Part shown: piece by piece, positions 1 to 10,752 of the stretch
How positions within the stretch are numbered: position 1 is the first letter of the stretch
Layout: each line of letters starts with the position of its first letter
NCBI GenBank assembly: GCA_028534125.1
Contig: CM052816.1
Location: 55,988,001-56,052,000, forward strand
From: Lama glama
Lineage: Eukaryota
Length of the DNA stretch: 64,000 nt
Reading direction: 5' to 3'
Translations under genes and position numbers: made by a program
The notes under the pieces: model-generated
Told to the model about the DNA's origin: nothing
The model's database searches: none
What the model saw: only the letters and a program-made list of their open reading frames with translations

Positions 1-232
1 GCCTTGATTTTTTTAATTAGCCTTGAAACTGTAATGTAAATTTAAATGAGGCAAAACTGTCCATCTCATTGTTAAAATGAGTTGTAAGCATTTATTATTT
101 GTATTATATATGTGATAGAAAAGTGCTAATAATCCTTTTCTAATCTGACAGAGTAATCTTACAAGTATTTGTACAGTTAAGGACACAGAGATGTTAATAC
201 AACATTAGTACCAAGGCAGCAAATAATCAAGT

Positions 233-1159
233 AAGACAACCAATCAGAATTGTAGATTTCTTTTGGTGATTATTTTTCATAGTACATGCAAAATTTTCTG
301 AAGACTTTGGGAAAAGTTCTTTATTCAAATTATATCTCCAAGGATGATTGGTTACAATTTTACGTATTTTCATATAAGCCCCAGTATTGCACAGGAAAAC
401 CAGAGAAATGTTCTGGTGTATTTTAAAGCCACAATTTCATTGACTAACCCTCAAAACAATAATCAAGCCAAAAGGTCAATTTTATTGGCCAAAAATAGAG
501 AAAGGGTTGGAAAAAACTATCTAAAGGCAATTACATAGGAGCACATAGCGTTAACTGTTCATGGTACTAGTGACAAGTGTGCAGAAGACACCAAAACACA
601 AAAACCAGTTTGTTAAAGTAGGAGGTCCATATGCTGTATAACAAAAGTAATTCATAAGAATTTTTAGACCAAGTGTGAAGAAGATTTAAACTCAAACTTT
701 GATTATGGTACCAAAGAAAAAAAGTAGTGCATATATGTAAGCTGTTAATATTTACTAAGAAAAAAAGGAGTTGTTCACTTTACTTTTCTTTTATCTTAAA
801 AACTTACAAACTGGTGATGCCTCTTCTATTGATGGCATCTCAGAGTTGAGGGAATATGATCCTTTTGTCGTCAAGATCTGATGTATGAACATAATGGTCC
901 TGGCTCTAAAAATGTGTTGCCTTTTCTCAAGTTGGGCAAGGGAAATCAATATGGCCTGAGCAATTTTTGCAGATAGAAATATTTACCATAAACATGAAGC
1001 TAAATCACTGATTTTGATAGAATTATCTCAGGGCAAGGTATAGACTTTCTGATAATTAAAAAAACAAATACTCTTCAAGTAAATTGGAGCACTGTGGAAT
1101 TTTTTGAGACTAAAGACCTGAGGAGGGTTCTTTTCCTAATTCTGGCATTGCTTCAATAA
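233..1159 (+). pseudogene. Endogenous bornavirus-like nucleoprotein element (EBLN), decayed
   Basis: Manual translation gives collinear blocks matching recalled BoDV-1 N. KTTNQNCRFLL (233-265) ~ KDIRQNAVALL; FIQIISPRM ~ MFHTVTPSL; KGQFY ~ KTAKFY; IALTVHGTSDK..KNQF (545-611) ~ LIGVVIGSSSK..KKRF. LNSNFDYGTKE (686-718) ~ LTTDFESPGKE; YLKNLQTGDASSIDGISELREY (792-857) ~ [27 protein letters not shown]..VLPFL (878-928) ~ LKEEH..LFPFL. Many stops and frameshifts; 5' boundary uncertain. Confidence 0.75.
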
Positions 1160-1327
1160 AGCCCCTGAATGTTGTCATGAAGTCTACATAGATACTGGTT
1201 GCCTGTAAGTTCCTTAGTCAAATATGTAGAGCAAGTTGCATTTCAGTTCAGAAAAAAATAATATATTGACTCAAACTCCCTATATCCATTCATGATAGCC
1301 ATTCAAGCTTGAGCATGAATCCATGAA

Positions 1328-1755
1328 TCACAGAAACCTAAAACAACAGCGGTTTAAGGAAAGCAGACCCTTATTTCCATGTTATTCTCACTGTTTGGCT
1401 CCACAAAAATCCTGAGAGACCCAGGCACCTTCCATTTTTTTCCTATGACCCAAGTTGGTGGCTGGAGCTCCAGCCATCACATCTACATTCCGGGTAGTAG
1501 GAAGACAGGCAAAGAAGAAATGAGCAAAGGGCACATGGTAACTTTTGCCTAAAGAACATTCCCAGAAGCTCCCCCAAAATATTTCAATATATATCTATTG
1601 GCCAGCATTTAGTCACATGGTTATGCTGAGCTTCAAGGGATAAAGAGAAATAGTTTTATTCTGGGGGGCTAGAAGAGCACAACTAAAAATAGAAAGAAGG
1701 GAAATATGAAAGAAGGGAAATATAGATAATGACAGGGAAACAGCATTCTCCCCAA
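1328..1755. mobile_element. Old MaLR LTR (MLT1J/K/L-like)
   Basis: Typical MLT1 motifs ggctggagctccagccatcacatctacattcc and attggccagcatttagtcacatgg; highly diverged. Confidence 0.7.
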
Positions 1756-1760
1756 ACCTC

Positions 1761-1992
1761 TTAGCCAACACTATTAAACCTGGTGGTTGTTTGGTAATTG
1801 AAAAAAGTTATTTCAAATAGGGACTCAGACAGATACTTGCACATTAAGAGTATTTACCTTAAATGTTCCTTTCGACTTCTACCATATCAAAGTATGTTCG
1901 TTCATCACTTTCTTTGAGTGAGAGGCTGCTGATTACAGTCAGTCTTGCACTTGCTAAGTGGTTATCACTTTAGCTTCTTTGAAGAAAAGCCG
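1761..1992 (+). pseudogene. Endogenous bornavirus-like matrix element (EBLM), partial
   Basis: LANTIKPGGCLVIE (1761-1802) ~ recalled BoDV-1 M LKDKVIVPGWPTLMLE. Then in one frame, in order: LNVPF (1859-1873) ~ LNIPF, KVCSFITF ~ KLTDYFTI, EAADYS (1922-1939) ~ EPAGHS, ITLASL ~ LTLNSL. Two in-frame stops in that frame. Confidence 0.65.
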
Positions 1993-2135
1993 AAGCTTCA
2001 AGGTTGGTGAGCATGTGGTGTTCAGGGAGAGTGGTGTGCTTAGAGAGAAGCTCCACGCCCTTTCCCCACACCTTGTCCTGTGCATCTCCTCCATCTTGCT
2101 GGTCTTGAGTTATATCCTTTTATAATAAACATGCA
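1993..2135 (+). mobile_element. MER21-like ERV LTR fragment
   Basis: gcttcaaggttggtgagcatg...ccccacaccttgtcctgtgcatctc...tataataaac resembles MER21 and the longer copy at 38.9-39.8 kb. Confidence 0.6.
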
Positions 2136-2151
2136 ATCTAAATTTTTACAA

Positions 2152-2888
2152 CTGATTCATGTAGCTGGAAAAAAAACCGCCACAAACATCTTCAGTACCT
2201 CTGGTTGCATAAAAGCAGAAGGTACATCTCAAATATAGCTGAGGGGTTTAAGCCTTATTTCATTTGTCTGACTGCAAAACTGTGCTATAGGAATAAAGAT
2301 GATCAGGACCCAGGTAAATGATCTGGCCAGAAGTCCCTTGATTCCGGACAGCTCCAGCATCAATAACATTAACCTCTTTCTGACCCAGTGGGTGGTTCAT
2401 GCCCTTAGAAACCTTTCAGAAGACAACAGCCAAAACCAAGATTTGATTGCAAAGCTGGAGGAGCGGAAACTGGCAGATGAGTCCCTACTTAAAAAAAAAA
2501 TGGATTTTGAAGTTGAAAAGAGGAGTGACAAGTTGAATCAAGGGGTGACTAGTATATTCTGAAATCTACCAGTGACACAGCTCACCTGAGAATGAACTCT
2601 CCATCCAAATATGTGAATTTTCGGAATCTGTTTCATGGATTGTTCATCTGTAGTATGCGAAACTGCAAGTGTTTGAAGATTCATAAATACAGATCAAGGA
2701 ATATGTGAATCTTTTAGATAACAGAGTTAAATGAATATAAGCTGAAAAGTGAAAGTACAGTATTCTCTAGTTTCTTTGCTTTAAAAGTATAACTGTCTGG
2801 TTTGCCTTCATCTCCATGGATACAAAGTAGGTTGAAGTAATATATTGTGGCAGCAAATAACAGATTCTTCTCTTTGGAGGAAAAAAAG
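2152..2888 (+). pseudogene. ATXN10: ATXN10 (ataxin-10) processed pseudogene, 5'-truncated
   Basis: LIHVAGKKTATNIFSTSGCIKAEG/ISNIAEGFK..LCYRNKDDQD/QVNDL..FLTQWVVHALRNLSEDNSQNQDLIAKLEE..FEVEK matches the ATXN10 C-terminus. It is intronless and frameshifted, followed by ATXN10-like 3'UTR and an A-run at 2881-2887. Confidence 0.93.
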
Positions 2889-3242
2889 AGGGAGAGAGAA
2901 GTAGAAACTTAAAGATCTTGAACGGTCTAAGGATGAAACCCCAGGGATCTCTGTAATCCTCCCGATCCATAGTTACCTTATCCACGCCTGATTTTACAGG
3001 GTCTTTTTAATGATTTGAGTTTCTGAATTTTTGGTTTTTTTGGTTTTTTATGTTGTTATTTGTTGTTTTGTCTTTCCTAACCATTTAACTTAGTGTTCAC
3101 AGAAGCAACTCCCTCTTATACTTGCATTTTCCCCATTTAAGTGAGAAGTCTAAGGAGAATGTCAAAATGAAACATTTCCATTGTCTTAATTTTGGCTGAG
3201 GCCCCCAAATGAGAACAAAGGTTATTAAGTGTCCACACATTC

Positions 3243-3530
3243 TTTTTTTTTTTAATTAATTAATTTTTATTGAAGTATACTTGAATTACAATGTTGTGTT
3301 AGTTTTAGGTGTACAGCAAAATGAATCAATTATACATATACACATATGTATTCTTTTTTAGTCTTTTTCATTATAGGTTCTTAAAGATAGTGACCATAGT
3401 TCCCTGTGCTGTATAGTAGGTCCTTGTTGTTTATTTATTTTATATGTAGTAGTGTGTATATTTTAATCTCAAACTCCTAATTTATTCCTCCCCTTGATCC
3501 CTTTCCCCCCGGCAATCATAGTTTGTTTTC
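3243..3530 (-). mobile_element. L1 3' end
   Basis: Poly-T then attgaagtata...tacaatgttgtgttag...ggtgtacagcaaa, the typical L1 3'UTR. Confidence 0.85.
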
Positions 3531-4742
3531 TTCTTCTCTAAAGAGAAGACCCAGATCACTTTTGCAGGATTTGCTAAGCTGTGTGGCCAAACCTTCCCAC
3601 CGTAATTTGGCTCAACCCCAACTTCTAGGCGGCATAAGAGAAAGGGAGAGCTATTGAAGAAGGCTGATAGAAGTTCTTTGTAGTTGGGATAAGGGAGATT
3701 TTCAAGTGAACTTCTAGGACAGCATGATGTGGATCCTTGGAGCTGAGGATCACCAAGACAGGAAGCTGGACTTGTGCCCAGAAAAGTTTAAAGGCAAGAA
3801 GCTACCCCTGCTGCAGGAGGAGAAGAGAGTGGTACCGTGAGAACAACTGGACTTCCAAAGTCATGTGCTTCCTCCAATATCAGACAAGCATGTTTCCCAC
3901 TGGCCAGAGTGGACAACACTGAAGGTAACTGAAAGTGATCATCTTGGAAGGGCCTTGTCCAAGGCATCTGTCCACGAGGGCAATGTACTCATCCAAAGTT
4001 AAAAGCTGAGTGGAGAGTCCTAAATGGCCCACAGAGAAGTGTTGCCTGTATCACAGGGAACGGTGAGGTGGGAGGTCCATGCAGTGCTGGTGATGGTGGA
4101 ATCCACAAAAGTGTCCCAGAGAGAAAGCGCAAACATCTGGGCATCTGCCACTCAGGGGCACTGGTGCCAGATTATAGTCATTGGTTGTACACATTCCTTT
4201 CCCCTTCTCTGCCTGTTTTCAACCCTTATATCCAGATGCAGCACCATGAGTAGAGGAGGAGTAAGATGGAGAAATAATGAGAAGCCAGCCACACCCTTGA
4301 TGAGATTTTGAGACTCAGTCAGGCCCCACTGGAGGAGGGGAAGAAGCTTTGATGTTAAACTGGTCTGCATTTTTGAATAAAAAGTGAGGTTTTTTTTTAA
4401 TGGGATTTGCTAAAGAGACCATTCAGTGTCAGGGAGAAAAATTCAACACAGTCTATCTGAGAAAGAAAAATGTTGGATTTTTTCAGTTTGCATATTCTGA
4501 ACTCTTCCTCAATACATTGGGTACATATTTCATGCAGTTACATAATTTTATTACTTAGTGCAACATTCACAGGCAGTTTTGGAAACAGTTACAACTGACT
4601 GTTGGTAAGCACACAATTAAATTAGTGGGAGTGGAAGGCCTTAAGTGCTGTGGAGGGAAGCCGGGACATTCAGAGCAAATTTTTAGAGGGAACCGTGAAT
4701 GGGGAGTGGTTTACGTGGAGAGTGTGAACTTTACCAACCCCA

Positions 4743-5264
4743 CTTTTTCTTTTCTTTTTCTGATTGATGTATAGTTGCTGTACAATAGTATATAAGTCAC
4801 AGGTATACACTATAGTGATTCAGTTTTTGAAGGTTATGCTCCACTTACAGATACTACAAAATATTGGCTATATTCCCCACATTGTACAATATTTCCTCAT
4901 AGCTCAGTTTATACCTAATAGTTTGTACCTCTTACTCCCCTAGCCCTGTATTGCCCCCTCCCCCCTTCCTTCTCCCCAATGGTAACCACTAGTTTGATTT
5001 CTGTACCTGTGACTCTATTTCTTTTGTTATATTCACTAGATTGTTGTATTTTTTAGATACCATATATAAGTGACATCATACAGTACTTGTCTTTCCCTGT
5101 CTGATTTATCTCATTTAGCATAATGCCCTCCAAGTCCATCCAGTTGCTATAAGTGGCAAAATTTCATTCTTTTTATGGCTGAGTAGTATTCCATTGTCTA
5201 TATAAACCACATCTTCTTTATCCATTGATCTGTTGATGGACACAGGTTGCTTCCATATTTTGGC
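4743..5264 (-). mobile_element. L1 3' end (L1MA9-like)
   Basis: tatggctgagtagtattccattgt, tccattgatctgttgatggacac. Confidence 0.85.
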
Positions 5265-5412
5265 ATCAGAACCAGCAGGGGAGTTTGATGAAAATGTGGG
5301 TTTCTGGGACCCTTCCCCAGATGACTCTGTCAGAATCTCCAGGGAATCTGTACTTTCAACAGGCTCTGAAGATAATTCCAAGATTCACTTGTATTTGGGA
5401 ATTACTTCACTA
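5265..5412. mobile_element. MER5-like hAT-Charlie MITE fragment
   Basis: atcagaaccagcaggggag...cagaatctccagggaatctgtactttcaacagg. Confidence 0.55.
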
Positions 5413-6344
5413 TAGTAACATATGTATTGTTAAATGACCAGTAAGTTGATTGAAAACCCATTAATAGGTTCTCAACAATGTATTGGTTATCTCATACTAC
5501 ATGTATTAGTGAGAATTTGTTTAGACATCATTGCTACTTTGATTTATTGTATTCGTTGTTTGCCAAAATAAACAGCCTGCTTGTGATTGCAAATCCTGAA
5601 GACCAGAAAAGGATGCCAGTGGCTGGTGCTCCTTTGGTTGGAAGGTTGGTGACATGGCTGTGACTGCTCGGCAATATTTACTCTTCATCCAGTTATTCTT
5701 AGCAAGGGGATAAAGCAATGACTAATGTTTCATCACCACCTCTGCAGAGCTGCTGACTCCACATCTGAATCACGAGCTTTGTCACTTAGCACAACTCCCT
5801 GTAAATCTGAGTAAATGTCCCTGAGCCACAGAGGTTTTCATGTGCCAGAATCATCTTTCCCTTTCTCCAATATTTAGACCCTTCAGTGAAGGACAAGCTT
5901 ATAGCACACATGCCCATCCTACACAGACATCCACAGACTGTAAATTCCATACCTAAAAAGTTTAAGGCTTCCAAAAAAGTGCAAGTGCTCAGGAAGACTG
6001 AGATCAGAAACATGTGGGCAAACTGAAGAGAATTGGTGAGCTAAAGGGGAGGCCTACATGGATGGTCTGTGCTCTCTGGTTGACAGCAAATGTCCCCAGA
6101 CATGTTTGGCATGTTGTGGGCTCTCGATGCAGACTGGTTGATCTCAGCCAAACTGAATGACCAGTGAGGTGCTTCAGAAAAACTCAAGGTCTCCTGGGCA
6201 TGGTGAAGGTCCCTGCACTTCCTTTCTCAGTGTCACATCCCTGTCGTCACACCTAGAAGACTAGGCTGTCCGTGAAATAAAAGCTGGGGTCTGGAAGAAT
6301 CCAGTCTGCCAACAGATAGTCAAGTCAATCAACTCAACAGTAGA

Positions 6345-6515
6345 CTACAAAGGGCATGAGGGACTGTCTTGAGGTGATGGAAATATTCTATATGTTGATT
6401 GATGAGATGGTTACACAGCCACATCCATTTGTCAAAATACATTGAACTGTACACTTAAAAAGACTAAATTTTATTGTGAATATAAATTCTACCTCACTAA
6501 AACTGACTTTAAAAT
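6345..6515 (+). mobile_element. Old L1 (L1MC/MD/ME) 3' end
   Basis: ggtgatggaaatattctatatgttgattg...gtcaaaatacattgaactgtacacttaaaa. Confidence 0.75.
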
Positions 6516-6878
6516 AATACAAGAATTAACAATTAGATATAATAAGAATGATAAATAATTAAGTGCTTATAAGATTAGAAAGTACATAGTATATAAAGAA
6601 GGTTGAGATAGAAGCAAAGAGTAATAAAAAGATTGCATTTTCTTTTAAACTATATGGAGTGCCTTCAACATATTTTGAATGATTCCAGTATCAGAAGGAT
6701 GTAGTAATCTAGAGATTTGTCATAACTTATATCTGTTTTCTTACTTTCTTGTTTGTCTGTCTTGCTCACTAAATTTTCAGCTCCATTAGGATGGGGACCA
6801 GTGGTTTTTTTCACTGAAATATCATCAATCACTTTCTATGTTTACGTACTACCTGAGGCACATTCAGAGTTCAATACA

Positions 6879-6962
6879 TATTGGATGGTACCATATGAAA
6901 CTACAGCCTTCATAGATCAAAAATAGTTGAAGATTTGCAATTTCATCTGGTTCAGTCTAATA
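6879..6962. mobile_element. MADE2-like mariner MITE
   Basis: ~80 bp with imperfect terminal inverted repeats tattggatggtaccatatgaaa...tttcatctggttcagtctaata. Confidence 0.65.
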
Positions 6963-7759
6963 TTTGTTGAAGGGATGAAACATCTCCCTATAAGATATTG
7001 ATTTCTAAAAAAGCCATAGAAACACTCTCAATATTATAAAATCATTGCTCCCAATATTATAAAACTTGCTTTTAAACATTTCTGGCTCATTTCACCCAGC
7101 ATTTTCATTGACTGTCAGAGACCTCCAAGAATTTACTTCTTGTTTATCATTTACACCAGTGTCTCATGTTACTGGAATCTTAGGAGTTTATCCCAACACA
7201 AATTCCACTGTCTCTAGTGGCAACATAAGTCTATTTTTTCTGACTCTGTCATGCCTGAAATTGCAAAGCTGGCCATGACTCTATACTTTGTATTGAATTT
7301 ATCAAGGAAGTATTTGACATCTATCATAAGCCAGGACTGTGTTAAGAGTTATCAGGTGCATAAAGATGAATAAGGCACAATATTTACTATATAGGAGCTC
7401 ACAGTCCAGCAGGAAGTTAATATTTGACACAAACTTATCTTTCCAGGCAGAAGGAGAAAGAAGGTGGTAAGTTCCATAACTGAGGCATAAAATGTTGCAG
7501 GACATCCTTATAGGGGAACATAATTAGATCCCTACATCACAGACAGTATGAAATCCATACGTAATAAAGACACGTGTGTGTTTAAATATGTCCATGCACA
7601 CTTTGGGAGAAAACAGAATGTGTTAATAATTTGGGATCAGAGTAGGTCTTCCCAAGGAAGACATAACAAAATCCATAAGTGTTATATAGAAGAAAAACAT
7701 AAAAACCTAACATTTCTTTACAATGAAAGACATAACAAAATTCAGAGACAAGTGACAAT

Positions 7760-8250
7760 CCTTTGACCCCGCAATTTCGTTTCTAGGAATGTATCCTATA
7801 GTTACACTGCACAGATATATGTAAAATGTTGTTCTTTGCAGTGCTGTTTATAATTGTAAAATAACTAGAAACTACCCAAATGTCCAGCAGAAACTGTGGA
7901 ATATCCACACAATAGAGCACCGGGCGCCTGGGAAACAGAATGAGGGAGACCCCACGGTACTGATATGCACTGATCACCAGGAGACCCGCAGTGTATAGTA
8001 CATGAAATACTAAATGAAAAAAACAAGGTCTGAACATTTCTTATAGTTTGCAACAGTTTATGGAAGCAAAGGAGAAAAAAGACTCTATAGACATTTTGCT
8101 TATGTTTACAAAGTGAAGAACAGGAAAACTGGTTTCCAGTAGGAGATGGGAAGGAATAAAATCGAGGAATAGAGGTGGAAATGAGACTTTTCTGTGTAGT
8201 TTTGACTTTTGAATCTTATAAAATATTGTATCTATTAATTTTTGATATTA
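7760..8250 (+). mobile_element. Old L1ME fragment
   Basis: tttgaccccgcaatttcgtttctaggaat, ctagaaactacccaaatgtcc. Confidence 0.65.
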
Positions 8251-8303
8251 AATTAGAAAGATAAATGATGTTCTAGGGAAATGACATAAAGGATTAATAG
8301 GCA

Positions 8304-8497
8304 TGTTATAGACTGAATGTTTGTGTCAAGAATGTTACAGATTGTATGTTTTTGTCCCCCAAGACTCATATATTGAAATTCTAGCCCTCAATGTGATGTT
8401 ATTAGGAAGAAGGGCCTTTGGAAGGTAATTAGGTCACGAGGGTGGTGCCCTCATGGTGGGGTTAGTGCCCTTATAAGGAGAGACACCAGAGCTTGTG

Positions 8498-8533
<36 letters not shown>

Positions 8534-8704
8534 CATATGAGGACACAGTGAAAAGACAGTCGTCTGCAAACCAGGAAGCAGACTTCACCAGACACCACAT
8601 CTGCTGGCACCTTGATCTTGGACTTTCTGGCCTCCAGAGCTGTGAGAAATAAATAATTGTTGTTGAAGCCACCCTGTCTTATAGCAGCTTGAACTGACTA
8701 AGAC
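8304..8704 (+). mobile_element. MaLR LTR (MLT1A/MST-like) with internal (CT)n
   Basis: TG..CA ends, gcctttggaaggtaattagg, ctggcctccagagctgtgagaaataaat, gactaagaca; the first ~25 bp are duplicated. Confidence 0.85.
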
Positions 8705-9397
8705 AAGCCATAATAAGTAAAAGGCTCACACAAATCAGTAAGACATTTCAAATCTAACAGAAAAATGAGCAAAGGAGACTCATAGAAAAACATACTTCTG
8801 ATTATTTCCTCTACTCTCAGTATTCTACTGTGGCATTTCAGAACATCAGTCGTGTGGTAGTTTTTTCTACACCAAGAAATATACTGCAGTGCTGTTTATT
8901 ACAGAAATTTTGGAGTAATAAAAATTGGAAACAGCCCAAATATCCAGTATATTATGATACAGCCATACAGTGGAACACTAGGTGGTGGTTATAAGGATGG
9001 GATAGCTCTGTATGTACTGACTTAGACCTTTAAGATATATTATCAAGTACACAAAACAAATTGCAGTAAATTATGGTCATATTTTTATGACCAGAAGGGC
9101 TAATGATTTTATTATATAATGTATATGTATGTATATATGTATATGTACACACACACATAGATGGCAAAATCTAGTATAATAGACACCAAACATTAATAAT
9201 AGTTATTTCTGGGGGTATACAGACTATTATTCTATATTATTCAAAAAATTTTACACCAAACCTATATTCCTTTCAAACCATAAAAAGATGTTTCTAAAAC
9301 TCCAGTTGGAAAGGTTAGAGTTGACCTCATGGAAGAGCTGACATTTCATGTCATCAAAAACTCTGAGCTGAAGAAAACCTTAAAAGTCATCTAATTT

Positions 9398-9605
9398 TGT
9401 GGTTTCCAAATGCAAGTTGTGTTATAATTGCATCAGAAGCACCAGGGAAACTTTTTATAAGAACTTTTTTTTAAAATGGGGACAGATTTCTGGTCTCCAT
9501 TTTCCAGAGGTTGTGATTCAGAATTTTTGAGGTGAGGCCAAGAAACTTAAATTTTTGAAACAGTCTTCAGGTGACTCTGGTACCAAGCCAGGCCTAAGAA
9601 CCATT
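9398..9605. mobile_element. MER5A-like MITE
   Basis: gtggtttccaaa...gcatcagaagcaccaggg...gtgattcag...aagaaccatt. Confidence 0.6.
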
Positions 9606-10124
9606 TATTTCAACCTCCTACACAATGCAGCAACCCTCCTCTGGGAGCCTTGATGCAGATCCCTTCAGAGATTAGACATTTAATTACCCATAAGAACTTT
9701 CTAAAAAGAAGGGTCCATGTTTCATCAATCAGATGTAGGTAGAACTTCCTTGCCTCTGCAAGATCTGCATAAAATTGGTAACAATTTCATAGCATGTTGA
9801 AGTTCAAAGTTTTCACCAAGATACTTACACGTTTCAGAGAGGGGGCAGGTACCTTATATTGTGATGGGGGTTGGGACTCCATCTCAGGCTCTGGGCTCAC
9901 GTATCTTCATGAACTGCCTCAGTCTGGTACAACCTCCACGTCTGCACACATTGTGTTTAGGGGATGGGGCAATGGGCAGCATTCGCAAGACAGCTGACAA
10001 CGGAAAAGCCACCAACTCCCCTACCATCACTTCCCCTCCCTCCTACCCTCTGCTCCAGTCCCCTAGACTTCACAGTCTTTTCCCCCAAAGTTTTCCCCAC
10101 AGTTACACCCAAGGCTCAACCACT

Positions 10125-10405
10125 CACTTCATTCAGTTTCCTCCTTAAATGTCATCTTCTCAGAAAGGCCTTCCCCGGCCACTCTGTTCACCCAACTTGC
10201 TTTCCTCGGCTTTGTTTTTTCTCATGGCACTTCCTGTGGCCTGACATATTGTATATTTATTTGTGTTGGTCTCTGGTCATCTCTCTGCTAGAATGAGCAC
10301 CCCAACAGAGCAGGTTCCATCTGTCTGCTGCCCGGTCCCCAGTGGCTGTGATAGCACCTAGCACAGAGTTTGGGGCACTGAAAAATAAATATTGATTGAG
10401 TAATG
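10125..10405 (+). mobile_element. L2 3' end
   Basis: aaatgtcatcttctcagaaaggccttcc...ctagaatgagc...aataaatattgattgag. Confidence 0.7.
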
Positions 10406-10622
10406 AGGGAGGGAAGGAAGGAAGGAAAGAAAGAAGAGGGGGAGGGAGGAAGGAAGGTAGGTTGATTTCGGTTCTCCCAAATCCGTTCTGTCCTACCAGA
10501 TCTGCCTCTGTGCCATTCTCCTAGCTTCCCACTTCTTGCTGGCTTTCCTCTCCCCCTCCCCCTTTTTTTTTACTCACTCCTCCCTCTCAGGAACACAACA
10601 AATTCCTCTTCTTGCTTCTCCC

Positions 10623-10752
10623 TTTTTAAAAAATAGACTTTATTCCTTAGACCAGTTTTAGGTTCCCAGCAAAACTGAGCTGAAGTTGCAGAGATTTCCC
10701 GCACATCCCCTGCTCCTACATGCATTATCTCCCCCATCATCAACATCCCCCT
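10623..10752 (-). mobile_element. L1MA/MB 3' end fragment
   Basis: agactttattccttagaccagttttaggttcccagcaaaactgagc. Confidence 0.7.

Noticed and set aside
1118..1159. LRRVLFLILALL as a bornavirus G transmembrane remnant (would imply N-G-M order)
   Set aside because: It is in frame with the preceding N-like segment and at the distance expected for the N C-terminal helix, so the N tail is the simpler reading
1850..2000. Inverted 5' piece of the ATXN10 retrocopy (twin priming)
   Set aside because: Only a ~12-nt match; the plus-strand M-like translation explains the segment better
2299..2562. 87-aa ORF as a functional CDS
   Set aside because: Its ATG is out of the parental frame, and it sits within a frameshifted, truncated retrocopy
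3560..4500. Cluster of overlapping short ORFs
   Set aside because: No protein similarity recognised; probably a very old LTR, but the family could not be supported
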